Origin: Patescibacteria group bacterium
GTDB lineage: Bacteria; Patescibacteriota; Minisyncoccia; UBA6257; GWB1-50-10
NCBI GenBank assembly: GCA_024239035.1
Contig: JANBVK010000001.1
Coordinates: 235,010-299,009, forward strand
Direction: 5' to 3'
DNA: 64,000 nt
Shown: one piece after another, positions 48,118 to 56,930 of the stretch
Numbering within the stretch: the first letter of the stretch is position 1
Layout of the letters: the number at the start of each line of letters is the position of its first letter
Made by a program: the position numbers and the translations under genes
Notes under the pieces: generated by a model
Database searches by the model: none
What the model saw: only the letters and a program-made list of their open reading frames with translations
Told to the model about the DNA's origin: nothing

Positions 48118-49371
48118 ATGAAATTTATTATCCCCAAAAAACCTCTTCTTTTGGTGCTCCTTGCCTTTCTTATTCTAGATGGCCTACTCTTGGTCTTCTT
48201 ACTTCAAGGAAAAGCGGAAATTCAAATCCCTAAAAACTTATCAGCAGCACTCACAAATTCCTACCCAGAAATAGCCGATCTCAAAGACAAACAACTGTCA
48301 TTTAAAGACCTATCCAACTATTTTAGCGATCTTGCCGAAGAAAAAGATGCAGTGTATGCCTACGAAGTGCTCAAGGTTGCACCAATCCCTCCCGGAATAG
48401 ATATGCATTTAATGGGGCATGTCGTTGGCGACATTCTTTACCGACAACAGGGTGTTCGGGGCATAGGTGTCTGTACCCACGATTTCCGGAACGCCTGTTC
48501 TCACAGCATCGTGGTGGGTCTGCTCCTTGAAGGTGGTGAGGGAGCCATACCCGAAATCACTGAAGCGTGCGGCGAAGCGCCTGGGGGAACCGGCGCCTAC
48601 TCAATGTGCTTTCACGGGCTTGGGCACGGAGTTTTAGCTTACGCCGATTATGATTTAGAAAAAGCCATTGAGCTTTGTAAAAAAACCGGCAGCGCAGAAT
48701 CCCCTCGCAGAGAACAAGTGGAATGCGTTGGTGGCACAATCATGGAGATAATTGGTGGTGGCTTCCACAACCCGAAACTATGGGCCGAGCAATCCAAAAA
48801 ATATCTTAGCGCTGATGATCCTCTCCACCCGTGCAGTAGCGACTTCATACCTGATATCGCCCGCCCTCAATGTTACATCTATCTTACTCCTCATCTCTTT
48901 AAAGTGGTTGGTGGAAGTCTTGGTAGTCCTACCCCGGAAGACTTTGAAAAAGCATTCCTTCTTTGTGAAAAAATTCCCGCCTCTGACACCGCTAGCCGCC
49001 ACACGTGCTACGGCGGTTTTGGAAAAGAATTTATAGTGCTCGCAAAAAACCGCGACATACGAAACATTGATAAGATGACAGACGAGGAGCTCGCAAAGGT
49101 GTATGAGTGGTGTCTTCTAGCGAAAAACCAGAACGGAATATTAGCGTGCGTCAACAGCGCCGCGGCCTCACTGTATTGGGGTGGTGAAAACGATCGCGGA
49201 ATTGTCATTAAATTCTGCGGATCATTGACAGAACCGAATATCCAAGCCTCCTGCTTTGCAAACATTATTGGAGGAGTTTCTTACTACATCAACGATCCTA
49301 CCTACAGACGCGGATTTTGTGAGGAGTTACCACCTACCTACCATGAAGACTGCCTTACCAGATTACTATAG
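48118..49371 (+). CDS. Secreted Cys/His-rich repeat protein, paralog B1 (417 aa)
   Basis: Signal/TM; repeated C-x-H-G-[LIV]-G-H-G and C-x-x-G-G motifs (MCFHGLGHGV; ECVGGTIMEI; TCYGGFGKEF); about 14 conserved Cys. Confidence 0.7.
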   Translation: MKFIIPKKPLLLVLLAFLILDGLLLVFLLQGKAEIQIPKNLSAALTNSYPEIADLKDKQLSFKDLSNYFSDLAEEKDAVYAYEVLKVAPIPPGIDMHLMGHVVGDILYRQQGVRGIGVCTHDFRNACSHSIVVGLLLEGGEGAIPEITEACGEAPGGTGAYSMCFHGLGHGVLAYADYDLEKAIELCKKTGSAESPRREQVECVGGTIMEIIGGGFHNPKLWAEQSKKYLSADDPLHPCSSDFIPDIARPQCYIYLTPHLFKVVGGSLGSPTPEDFEKAFLLCEKIPASDTASRHTCYGGFGKEFIVLAKNRDIRNIDKMTDEELAKVYEWCLLAKNQNGILACVNSAAASLYWGGENDRGIVIKFCGSLTEPNIQASCFANIIGGVSYYINDPTYRRGFCEELPPTYHEDCLTRLL

Positions 49372-49380
49372 CGAGATGTT

Positions 49381-50469
49381 ATGGACGTTATATTAAAAAA
49401 AATTAAAACAGCGCCAAAAGCTCCGTTTTTCCTCGGGGTTCTGGTCCTCGTCGCACTTATTGGGGGTGGCGGAACGTTCCTAAAAAATAAAAGTGGCAAC
49501 ACACCAGACCCGAATCTAACAAGCGCGATAAGCTCCGGTTTACGCACCACCGATCCAATAAAAGCTCGCAACTATTGGGCAGAACGCATTGATGCCGTAG
49601 GCGCTAAGCGTGCGTATGAAGAATTTAAAGAGACTTACTACAAGGAACACTTCGGTATCCAACATACTCTCGCCCACGTTATGGGGGAGCTGCTCTACGA
49701 AAAAGAAAGTGTTCAAGGGCTTACGGTATGCGACGCCACTTTCGCCTTTGGTTGCTATCACAGTTTCTTCGGGAGAGTATTGAGCGAACACGGAATCGCA
49801 ATCATACCCGAACTCGATAAGGCATGTGTCGAAAAGTTTGGACCCCTAGGAACAGGCTGCCAGCACGGTATCGGCCATGGATTAAGAGAATTTATGGGTA
49901 GTGAGAAACTAGTGGACGCTCTTGAGGCGTGCATCTTGACCACCCAACTAAAAGATTTGTTTGGTTGCACATCAGGCATCTTTATGGAAAACAACGTTCC
50001 TATAGTCATTAGCGCAGACAAACCGGCGTATACTGAACCACGAACCCTGAATCCAAATAATCCTTACGAACCGTGCAACACAATAGTACCGGAACAGTTC
50101 AGAAATTCGTGCTACTACGAAATGGCACAGTGGTGGAATCAGGTATTTAATCGCAACTGGGAAAAAATGGGGAGATTGTGCGAGGAGGTCGGCAACGAAG
50201 AATACACAAAGTCATGCTATTTTGGTATCGGCAATATTACCGCTCCCTCAAGCCAGTATGAAGTTGAGGCGACGATCAATAAGTGCAAACAAATGCCCTC
50301 CCGAGAAGCGGAGGTAACCTGCAGATCAGGAGCGTCGTGGAGTTTCTTTGCCGAACCGATTGCAAGAGACAAATCACCGGAGATATGTAAAGGGCTTGGA
50401 GCTGAAATAGAACAGAAGTGCGCGAAGGAATCCGACCTAATCGGCAACGGTGAAAAATTTATTCAATAA
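49381..50469 (+). CDS. Secreted Cys/His-rich repeat protein, paralog B2 (362 aa)
   Basis: Collinear with B1 (HTLAHVMGELLY; GCQHGIGHGL; NPYEPCNTIVPEQFRNSCYYE). Confidence 0.7.
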   Translation: MDVILKKIKTAPKAPFFLGVLVLVALIGGGGTFLKNKSGNTPDPNLTSAISSGLRTTDPIKARNYWAERIDAVGAKRAYEEFKETYYKEHFGIQHTLAHVMGELLYEKESVQGLTVCDATFAFGCYHSFFGRVLSEHGIAIIPELDKACVEKFGPLGTGCQHGIGHGLREFMGSEKLVDALEACILTTQLKDLFGCTSGIFMENNVPIVISADKPAYTEPRTLNPNNPYEPCNTIVPEQFRNSCYYEMAQWWNQVFNRNWEKMGRLCEEVGNEEYTKSCYFGIGNITAPSSQYEVEATINKCKQMPSREAEVTCRSGASWSFFAEPIARDKSPEICKGLGAEIEQKCAKESDLIGNGEKFIQ

Positions 50470-50478
50470 GTTTCTATT

Positions 50479-51690
50479 ATGGTGAAAAAAATTTTTATCG
50501 CGGCTCTGTTTGTAATAGTTCTTGCAGAAACTGCCGTACTCATAAAAGATAAACTACCACGCCTTACCGCGTCGCTCTTTCAATCCAGACAAGTTTCCTT
50601 TGAAGAGTATGCCGATCGCGTGGTTGAAAAATGTAAAGACGCGGGATATCGCCCGAGCTGCTACGATAAGGAGATTCCAGAACTTATGGATGCAATCTCA
50701 ATGGAGGATGCCTTTGAGGTTACAAGAATTGTCCAAGATCAAGATAGATCATACTACTATTGTCACGTACTCGGGCATGAATTAAGTGCTCGAGAGGTGC
50801 GCAAAGACCCGAGCAGTTGGAAGGATGTTGTTACACAATGCCCAAGCGGTATGTGCTCAAACGGCTGCCTCCACGGCGGGTTCCAAGAACGCTTCCGAGA
50901 AGGAGCCTTTACTGAAACCGAAGTGCGAGAGATCACCAAAGAACTCACCAACCTTTGTGAAGAAAAGCCTGCGTGGCGCCCCACCGGCCTTGAACAAGCT
51001 TCCTGCTACCATGCACTGGGACATCTCACGATGTATATCACGAGCGCCGAACTAAACAAATCATCAGAAATTTGCGAAGAGATTGCAGTAAAGCCGGATG
51101 GTAGAAATTACTCGCAACTTTGCTTTGACGGAGTATTTATGCAAATCTTCCAACCGCTCGAACCCGAGGACTTTGCGCTCGTTGAAGGAAAACAACCCAC
51201 AAAAGAGGAGGTACCTCTATTTTGCGGAAACTTCACAGGCAAAAAGAGAGCATCGTGTCTCAGCGAAAGTTGGCCGCTATTTTTTAAGGAGCTCAAAAAT
51301 CCCGAAAACTTAGTACGGTTTTGCTCAATGACCGAGGAGAGCGAACGGACAAGGTGTTATAACGTTATCTTCTATGTAATGACCGCCCAACTTGGCTTCA
51401 ATGTAGAGACACTACAAAATTATTGCGCGGGCTTGCCCAAGGAACGGCAGGGGTTGTGTTTCGCAAACGCTGCCTCTCGCATGATTGAAACTGACTACAG
51501 AAACATTGATAAGTCGGTACGCTTGTGCACCACCGCAGAAGATTACGATGCAGACGAAGAGTGTTTTGCAGAACTCTTACAGTATTCGACTTACAATTTC
51601 CATGCCGGATCAGAAGCGTTTTTCCGTCTCTGTAACAGTTTACCAGAGCCATGGAGCGAGAAATGCCTAAGTAAAAACACGGCCTCTTGA
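50479..51690 (+). CDS. Secreted Cys/His-rich repeat protein, paralog C1 (403 aa), with HExxH-like CHVLGHELS and CYHALGHL motifs
   Basis: Close paralog of 59901-61196 (for example FEEYADRVVEKCKDAGYRPSCYDKEIPELMD matches LEEHADRMIEKCKKAGSNQRCYDEEIPHLMD). Confidence 0.7.
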   Translation: MVKKIFIAALFVIVLAETAVLIKDKLPRLTASLFQSRQVSFEEYADRVVEKCKDAGYRPSCYDKEIPELMDAISMEDAFEVTRIVQDQDRSYYYCHVLGHELSAREVRKDPSSWKDVVTQCPSGMCSNGCLHGGFQERFREGAFTETEVREITKELTNLCEEKPAWRPTGLEQASCYHALGHLTMYITSAELNKSSEICEEIAVKPDGRNYSQLCFDGVFMQIFQPLEPEDFALVEGKQPTKEEVPLFCGNFTGKKRASCLSESWPLFFKELKNPENLVRFCSMTEESERTRCYNVIFYVMTAQLGFNVETLQNYCAGLPKERQGLCFANAASRMIETDYRNIDKSVRLCTTAEDYDADEECFAELLQYSTYNFHAGSEAFFRLCNSLPEPWSEKCLSKNTAS

Positions 51691-52169
51691 TAACGGTGTC
51701 GCATAACGTCTTCAAAATATTCCTCGTTGCTCTCTTCCTCCTCTATTTTTTAGGGAGTTTCTACACCTCCGGTACTCTTGAGGGAGAAGCGTATCCGTTC
51801 TTTTCCTGGTTTGTATTCACAAAAGTACCACCTAAATTTCAAGAAGGATACACAATAAGAATTCTCAAGTACGGAGACAAGCAATTACATTCGCCTGTCT
51901 CTTTTGAAGACGCCTACGATGTGTACATGAACAGAGGTATAGCCTCACCCCAATACAACTACATGATCAGGGCTTTGGGAACAAGCGTTGAAAATAAAGA
52001 CTTGAGAGAAATAAAACGACACCGCCACACACTAGAAGCAACCTTCCTGTCCCAGCCAGTTGTGTACGAGGTAGTAAAAATTAAATTTAGCACGCTTGAG
52101 CGCTGGAGAACAGGACAAGTACTCGAATCAAAAAGTATCGCCGTCTTCAATGTTCCAAAAGAACTATGA
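51687..52169 (+). CDS. Membrane-anchored hypothetical protein (160 aa), translationally coupled to the following membrane protein
   Basis: ATGA overlaps at both ends (51687/51690 and 52166/52169); N-terminal TM. Confidence 0.5.
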   Translation: MITVSHNVFKIFLVALFLLYFLGSFYTSGTLEGEAYPFFSWFVFTKVPPKFQEGYTIRILKYGDKQLHSPVSFEDAYDVYMNRGIASPQYNYMIRALGTSVENKDLREIKRHRHTLEATFLSQPVVYEVVKIKFSTLERWRTGQVLESKSIAVFNVPKEL

Positions 52170-53122
52170 AGTTGAACCAATCAATCAAAAATTTACGCGC
52201 GCTCGTCTCCTCTTTCCCGATGATTACATCTTTTGCCACAGGAAAACGGTCGCTCGAGAAAGCAAAAACCATTACCCGCTTTCTCTACTATTTCTTGGCG
52301 TTCCGATCTTTGTCCATACTGTTCGGTCGCGGGCAGTATGCTTCACAGGAAGGAAACTTCTCACCCATCTGGTCAATTAAATGGGCAGAGCTTCTAAATT
52401 TCCCTGACGTAATCAATATCATTGTTTTTTTCTTCCTCATCAGCGCGTTTGTGGGAGCACTTTTTAATCAGCTCCGCGTAGGTCGCGTTATAGCTTTCTT
52501 GGGAGTATTCCAACTGCATGCGTTCTTGAGTTCATTCATACAGGTTGACCATCAGTGGTACCCGTGGCTCTACGTCACGTTTTTGTTAATTTTTCTACCA
52601 GATGCTCCTGCACAAGAATACTCCTTTGAAAAACGCAAGAAGTTTTTATTAGTTTTTTTTGGTGCCCAAGCTGCTATATTCACGATCTATTCAATGGCAG
52701 GTTTTGGCAAGACGTACGGTGCAATCGAGCAGTTTCTGCAAGGAGGGGTCCACGCATTCGCACCCGAGGCTCTCGCGCTTCATATCGCACATTGGCTAGT
52801 GGCAAATAATTCAACAAGTCTGGTAGGATCTTTTATAATTGCGCACCCCTTAGTGGGATGGCCCTTTTTTGTCGGCAGTATTTACCTACTACTCTTCTCG
52901 TTGTGGGCTGTTTTCAAACCGTCTCTCCATAGATTGTGGGCATTTGGATTACTGCTCTACCATATAGGAGTGTATGCGGCCATGAACATAAGTTTCTTGG
53001 GATCCCCGCTGCTTTTACTGCTTTTGTTCTTCGACTCGCCATTTAAAAAACGGGGCGTAAAGTGGAAAGAAATAATTCTAGATTTACCACTCTTCGGGTG
53101 GCTATTGCGCCGCCTTAATTGA
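52166..53122 (+). CDS. Polytopic membrane protein (318 aa), HTTM-like
   Basis: 8-9 predicted TM helices, Trp/His-rich loops; embedded in the Cys-rich paralog locus. Confidence 0.4.
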   Translation: MKLNQSIKNLRALVSSFPMITSFATGKRSLEKAKTITRFLYYFLAFRSLSILFGRGQYASQEGNFSPIWSIKWAELLNFPDVINIIVFFFLISAFVGALFNQLRVGRVIAFLGVFQLHAFLSSFIQVDHQWYPWLYVTFLLIFLPDAPAQEYSFEKRKKFLLVFFGAQAAIFTIYSMAGFGKTYGAIEQFLQGGVHAFAPEALALHIAHWLVANNSTSLVGSFIIAHPLVGWPFFVGSIYLLLFSLWAVFKPSLHRLWAFGLLLYHIGVYAAMNISFLGSPLLLLLLFFDSPFKKRGVKWKEIILDLPLFGWLLRRLN

Positions 53123-53139
53123 TTCGAAAGAAAAACGTG

Positions 53140-53264
53140 CTAAAATCAATACGCAGCATTTTATGACCAAGCGTTCTAACGTCGTTCTTACAGCACTCAC
53201 TACGTCAATCTTCCTGGGAGCACTATTCTCTCCCACAACACCCACGCACGCACATGGAGTCTGA
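53140..53264 (+). pseudogene. Duplicated 5' fragment (promoter-proximal 25 nt plus first 33 codons) of gene 56388-56930
   Basis: AATACGCAGCATTTTATGACCAAGCGTTCTAACGTCGTTCTTACAGCACTCACTACGTCAATCTTCCTGGGAGCACTATTCTCTCCCACAAC... is near-identical to 56360-56470. It encodes MTKRSNVVLTALTTSIFLGALFSPTTPTHAHGV and then a stop. Confidence 0.7.
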
Positions 53265-53268
53265 CACA

Positions 53269-53421
53269 ATGTTTGAAACAATAAAGCAAATCCTTACTTT
53301 AACTTTAAAATCAAGGAAGATCTGGTTAATTCCTCTCCTTCTTTTACTAGTCATTATCGCCCTACTTGTTATCGGCGCATATGTCTCCCCTGTTCCTATA
53401 TTTATCTACCCAATAATATGA
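53269..53421 (+). CDS. Micro membrane protein (50 aa), coupled (ATGA) to the next small ORF
   Basis: My own reading: MFETIKQILTLTLKSRKIWLIPLLLLLVIIALLVIGAYVSPVPIFIYPII; below the ORF-track size cutoff. Confidence 0.4.
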   Translation: MFETIKQILTLTLKSRKIWLIPLLLLLVIIALLVIGAYVSPVPIFIYPII

Positions 53422-53615
53422 AGAGAATTGTCCGTGTAATGAACAATTTCTTCATTTCCGTTGTACTCACAATTTTCTATTTCACCGCAGTGGGGTTGTC
53501 ATTTATTATCTTACGATTGTTCACAAAGTCCAAACCGGAAAAACATAAAAATTCTTATTGGCAAAGTATAAACAAAGAAAACCCAAATAGAAACTATTTT
53601 GAATCAGCTTACTGA
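53418..53615 (+). CDS. Small membrane protein (65 aa) immediately upstream of the carbamoyltransferase
   Basis: Single TM (FFISVVLTIFYFTAVGLSFIILRLF); 2-nt spacing to the next gene. Confidence 0.4.
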   Translation: MKRIVRVMNNFFISVVLTIFYFTAVGLSFIILRLFTKSKPEKHKNSYWQSINKENPNRNYFESAY

Positions 53616-53617
53616 AA

Positions 53618-55330
53618 ATGTATATTCTGGGAATCTCCGCATTCTATCATGACAGCGCCGCAGTACTTATCGAAGACGGACATATACGTTCCGCTGCTGA
53701 AGAAGAACGCTTCACTCGCGTGAAACATGATAACAGTTTTCCCTTTAATGCGATCGAGTCCTGCCTGGATAACGCAGACATCTCCATTAATGAAGTGGAC
53801 TACACTGCTTACTACGAAAAGCCACTCCTTAAGTTCGAAAGGATTCTCGACACATTTGTCCGCACGTACCCTCTTTCTCTGAAGCCGTTCTTGAGAGGAG
53901 TCCCTGAGTGGCTCACCTCGAAAATAAAGGTAGAGGGGATTATTCGAAAAAAGCTGGGATACAAGGGAAAAACCTTTTTTATCCCTCACCATCTCTCTCA
54001 CGCCGCCGCAACGTTTTACCCCTCCCTTTTTAAAGAATCAGCAATCCTCACTGTGGACGGGATAGGAGAATACCAAACAACAGGTTTGTGGACAGGTGAA
54101 GGTGTTACCATCACTCCGCTCAAGGCAATTAATTTCCCGCACTCTCTGGGGCTCCTCTACTCTACTCTTACCTCATTTCTGGGATTTAGAGTCAACGAAG
54201 ACGAATATAAAGTTATGGGGCTCGCGGCTTATGGAAAACCTAGTTATGCAGATCAAGTCTATAAGACAGTAAACGTAAAAAACAACGGAAGTTTCAACCT
54301 AAACATGAAATTCTTCTCCTTTAGAGAACGATTTCAAATGTGGACTAAAGAATTCGAGAAACTGTTCGGAAAACCGCGATTACCCGATGAACCGATCACC
54401 GAACGGGAAAAGGATATAGCAGCAAGCATCCAGAAGGTGACCGAGGATATTTACCTTGGTATGCTCAACCACCTCTATAAACTTACAAAGTGTCCAAATT
54501 TATGCATAAGCGGCGGCGTCGCGTTAAACGCCCTCGCAAACGGAAAAATATACGAAATAACTCCCTTTAAGAGGGTATATATCTTGGGTGCCGCCGGCGA
54601 CAGCGGTGCTACACTGGGGGCAGCGCTTTTTACACATCACGGTATTCTCAACTTCAAACAACGATGTTCAATAAATAATTTATGTCTCGGTTCCTCCTAC
54701 GATAATGAGGATGTAGAACAGATACTCAAAAAATATAACGTATACTATAGAAAATTCGGCAACGAAACCAACCTCGTTAAACATACCGCCTCACTCCTCG
54801 CCGACCACAACGTAATCGGTTGGTTCCAAGGGAGAATGGAATTCGGCCCCCGGGCACTCGGATCACGATCCATCCTTGCTTATCCCAGCCCCGCCTCTAT
54901 GAAAGAAAAAGTTAATACAATAAAAGTGCGGGAGCAATTCAGGCCTTTCGCATGCTCAATTCTGGAAGAAAAAATTCATGAATACTTCAACGTTCCAGGA
55001 CCCCGCCACGCCTCACCTTTTATGAACTTTTGTTTCCGGATAAAGAGAGTAAAAACGGCAGAGTTAGCTGCCGTAGTTCACAAAGATGGAACCTGCAGAA
55101 TTCAGACAGTAACTAAAGAAAACGGACGGTACTATAAGCTAATTAGAAAATTCTACGAGTTGACCGGCACTCCCTGCATCTTAAATACGAGTTTTAACAC
55201 AAAAGGAGAACCCATTGTAGAGAGTCCCGAAGACGCTATTAAAGACTTCTTAAAAACTGAACTCGATTACTTGGTTATCAACAACTTTATCGTTTCAAAA
55301 CCCGGGTCACACGGCATAAGATTCTTCTGA
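53618..55330 (+). CDS. Carbamoyltransferase (NodU/CmcH family)
   Basis: N-terminus MYILGISAFYHDSAAVLIEDGHI... and the HxxH/Kae1-like fold pattern, C-terminal YrdC-like region; 570 aa. Confidence 0.8.
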   Translation: MYILGISAFYHDSAAVLIEDGHIRSAAEEERFTRVKHDNSFPFNAIESCLDNADISINEVDYTAYYEKPLLKFERILDTFVRTYPLSLKPFLRGVPEWLTSKIKVEGIIRKKLGYKGKTFFIPHHLSHAAATFYPSLFKESAILTVDGIGEYQTTGLWTGEGVTITPLKAINFPHSLGLLYSTLTSFLGFRVNEDEYKVMGLAAYGKPSYADQVYKTVNVKNNGSFNLNMKFFSFRERFQMWTKEFEKLFGKPRLPDEPITEREKDIAASIQKVTEDIYLGMLNHLYKLTKCPNLCISGGVALNALANGKIYEITPFKRVYILGAAGDSGATLGAALFTHHGILNFKQRCSINNLCLGSSYDNEDVEQILKKYNVYYRKFGNETNLVKHTASLLADHNVIGWFQGRMEFGPRALGSRSILAYPSPASMKEKVNTIKVREQFRPFACSILEEKIHEYFNVPGPRHASPFMNFCFRIKRVKTAELAAVVHKDGTCRIQTVTKENGRYYKLIRKFYELTGTPCILNTSFNTKGEPIVESPEDAIKDFLKTELDYLVINNFIVSKPGSHGIRFF

Positions 55331-56337
55331 GTAACGTAGCGTAAAAGCTCGTACGCAATCATCTTATGTCCCTTGGTATTGGGATGCCAGTCGGGCAATA
55401 CTCCGTCGGGCCTGAGACGCAACTCGCTTTCATAGAAATATGTGTTGGCACGAGAGGCAACGAAACGTCCTATAATAGGTCTGTACTTATCTTCAATCTT
55501 GCTCTCATGAATCAAGCTAAATACAACAAGCGGGCCTTGATAGTACTCATTAATCAAACTTAGTGCTTCCTCCTGATATTGGGCAACTCCCTCTTCTCCG
55601 TACTCCTTAAATTGATCTCTAACTGCCCTCTGCCATATTCCAAACTCAAGTTCATCGGGCGGTTTGGTAAATTCTCTCCATGAACCCCGACGGCCATCAC
55701 TGTCTCCTCCCTCTGCACTCGCCTGTTCTGCAAGCCGCTTTGTTCTCGGTTTAAGAAATTCATTGATTTCTTGAAAATCGTTTTCAATCAAGTGCCACAG
55801 CACAAGGTCGGGGCTGTACTTCATTCCACGCATCCTAAACCGCTCCACGGCGTATCGAATGTCATAGCTCGGCACACCTAAATTTACCACTTCAAACTTC
55901 ATAATAGTGTCGCAGTCAAGCTCATTGTTTAGTAAATCTTCCAGAACCTCTGAGTAATTATTCTCTGTGTTCATAAACATGCCGTATGTCCAAGAATCAC
56001 CTAAAGCAATAACCCTAAACGTACCCTCGGGTTTTTCAGTAGTATAATTGAAACGCTCGTTTAAAGTATCAGCGTTAATGGTTATCTCGGGAGTATACGA
56101 GAGCCAAGTAGGAATAAACACTTGTCCCTGGTAGTCGGGGTTTAGCTCGTAAAAATGTTGAAGATCTGAGTCCTCTGGAAAACTGAGACTTTCTCTCGGA
56201 ATGAGTGCAATACTTGCCGTGTATCGGTTTTCATACACATTGATACCGATAAGCACAATAACGATAAGTTGGACAACCACTAAACCTATAACCAATGAAT
56301 TTTTTTTTCTAGTCTTTATCATAAAGTTGATTCGCAA
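55267..56337 (-). CDS. SGNH/GDSL-family hydrolase, membrane-anchored
   Basis: N-terminal TM; block I VIALGDSWTYG (GDS), block V DWHPN-like (D-x-x-H); 356 aa. Confidence 0.7.
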   Translation of the reverse strand: MRINFMIKTRKKNSLVIGLVVVQLIVIVLIGINVYENRYTASIALIPRESLSFPEDSDLQHFYELNPDYQGQVFIPTWLSYTPEITINADTLNERFNYTTEKPEGTFRVIALGDSWTYGMFMNTENNYSEVLEDLLNNELDCDTIMKFEVVNLGVPSYDIRYAVERFRMRGMKYSPDLVLWHLIENDFQEINEFLKPRTKRLAEQASAEGGDSDGRRGSWREFTKPPDELEFGIWQRAVRDQFKEYGEEGVAQYQEEALSLINEYYQGPLVVFSLIHESKIEDKYRPIIGRFVASRANTYFYESELRLRPDGVLPDWHPNTKGHKMIAYELLRYVTQKNLMPCDPGFETIKLLITK

Positions 56338-56387
56338 AATCGGTGTGTTAAAATCAGTATACGCAGCATTTAATCCTCTTTCAATTT

Positions 56388-56930
56388 ATGATCAGGCGCT
56401 CCAATGTCATTTTAACGGTACTAATTATATCGCTCTTCCTGGGAGCACTATTCTCTCCCACAATTCCTGTCCGCGCCCACGGAGTAGGAGAATCATTAGA
56501 AAAAGTTGTAGGAGAATATCTCGTCGACATCGGCTATGACGCTTTCGAACTCCGCGCTAAAGAATCAGTTCGCTTCGACTTTTCCTTATGGACAAGTGAC
56601 CAAAGCGAAGAAATACCCTTTACTGATATCTGGTTGAGAATTAGTCAAAACAACAAAGCTGTTCTTGCTGGAGGAATTCAAAACCCCCGTTTTGGCAAAG
56701 CGGGAGTCACCTATGCATTCCCCGAAAAAGGCGAGTACACACTCTTTGTACGATTCCAGAATGGAGATGAGTCACTTGTTGAAACATCATTTCCGCTTGC
56801 AGTTGAAGAGGGCAACGAAAGCGCGAGCAACACCTCTCCGGTTTCAAAAGAGCTGCTCATCGGCGTAGGTGTAGGGCTTGTTATCGGTTCACTAATCACT
56901 TTTCTCCTGCGACGCGTACGCCATGGGTAA
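56388..56930 (+). CDS. Secreted protein with C-terminal TM anchor; mature N-terminus predicted to begin with His (VRA|HGVGES)
   Basis: Signal peptide, beta-rich middle, C-terminal LIGVGVGLVIGSLITFLL anchor; 180 aa. Confidence 0.55.
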   Translation: MIRRSNVILTVLIISLFLGALFSPTIPVRAHGVGESLEKVVGEYLVDIGYDAFELRAKESVRFDFSLWTSDQSEEIPFTDIWLRISQNNKAVLAGGIQNPRFGKAGVTYAFPEKGEYTLFVRFQNGDESLVETSFPLAVEEGNESASNTSPVSKELLIGVGVGLVIGSLITFLLRRVRHG

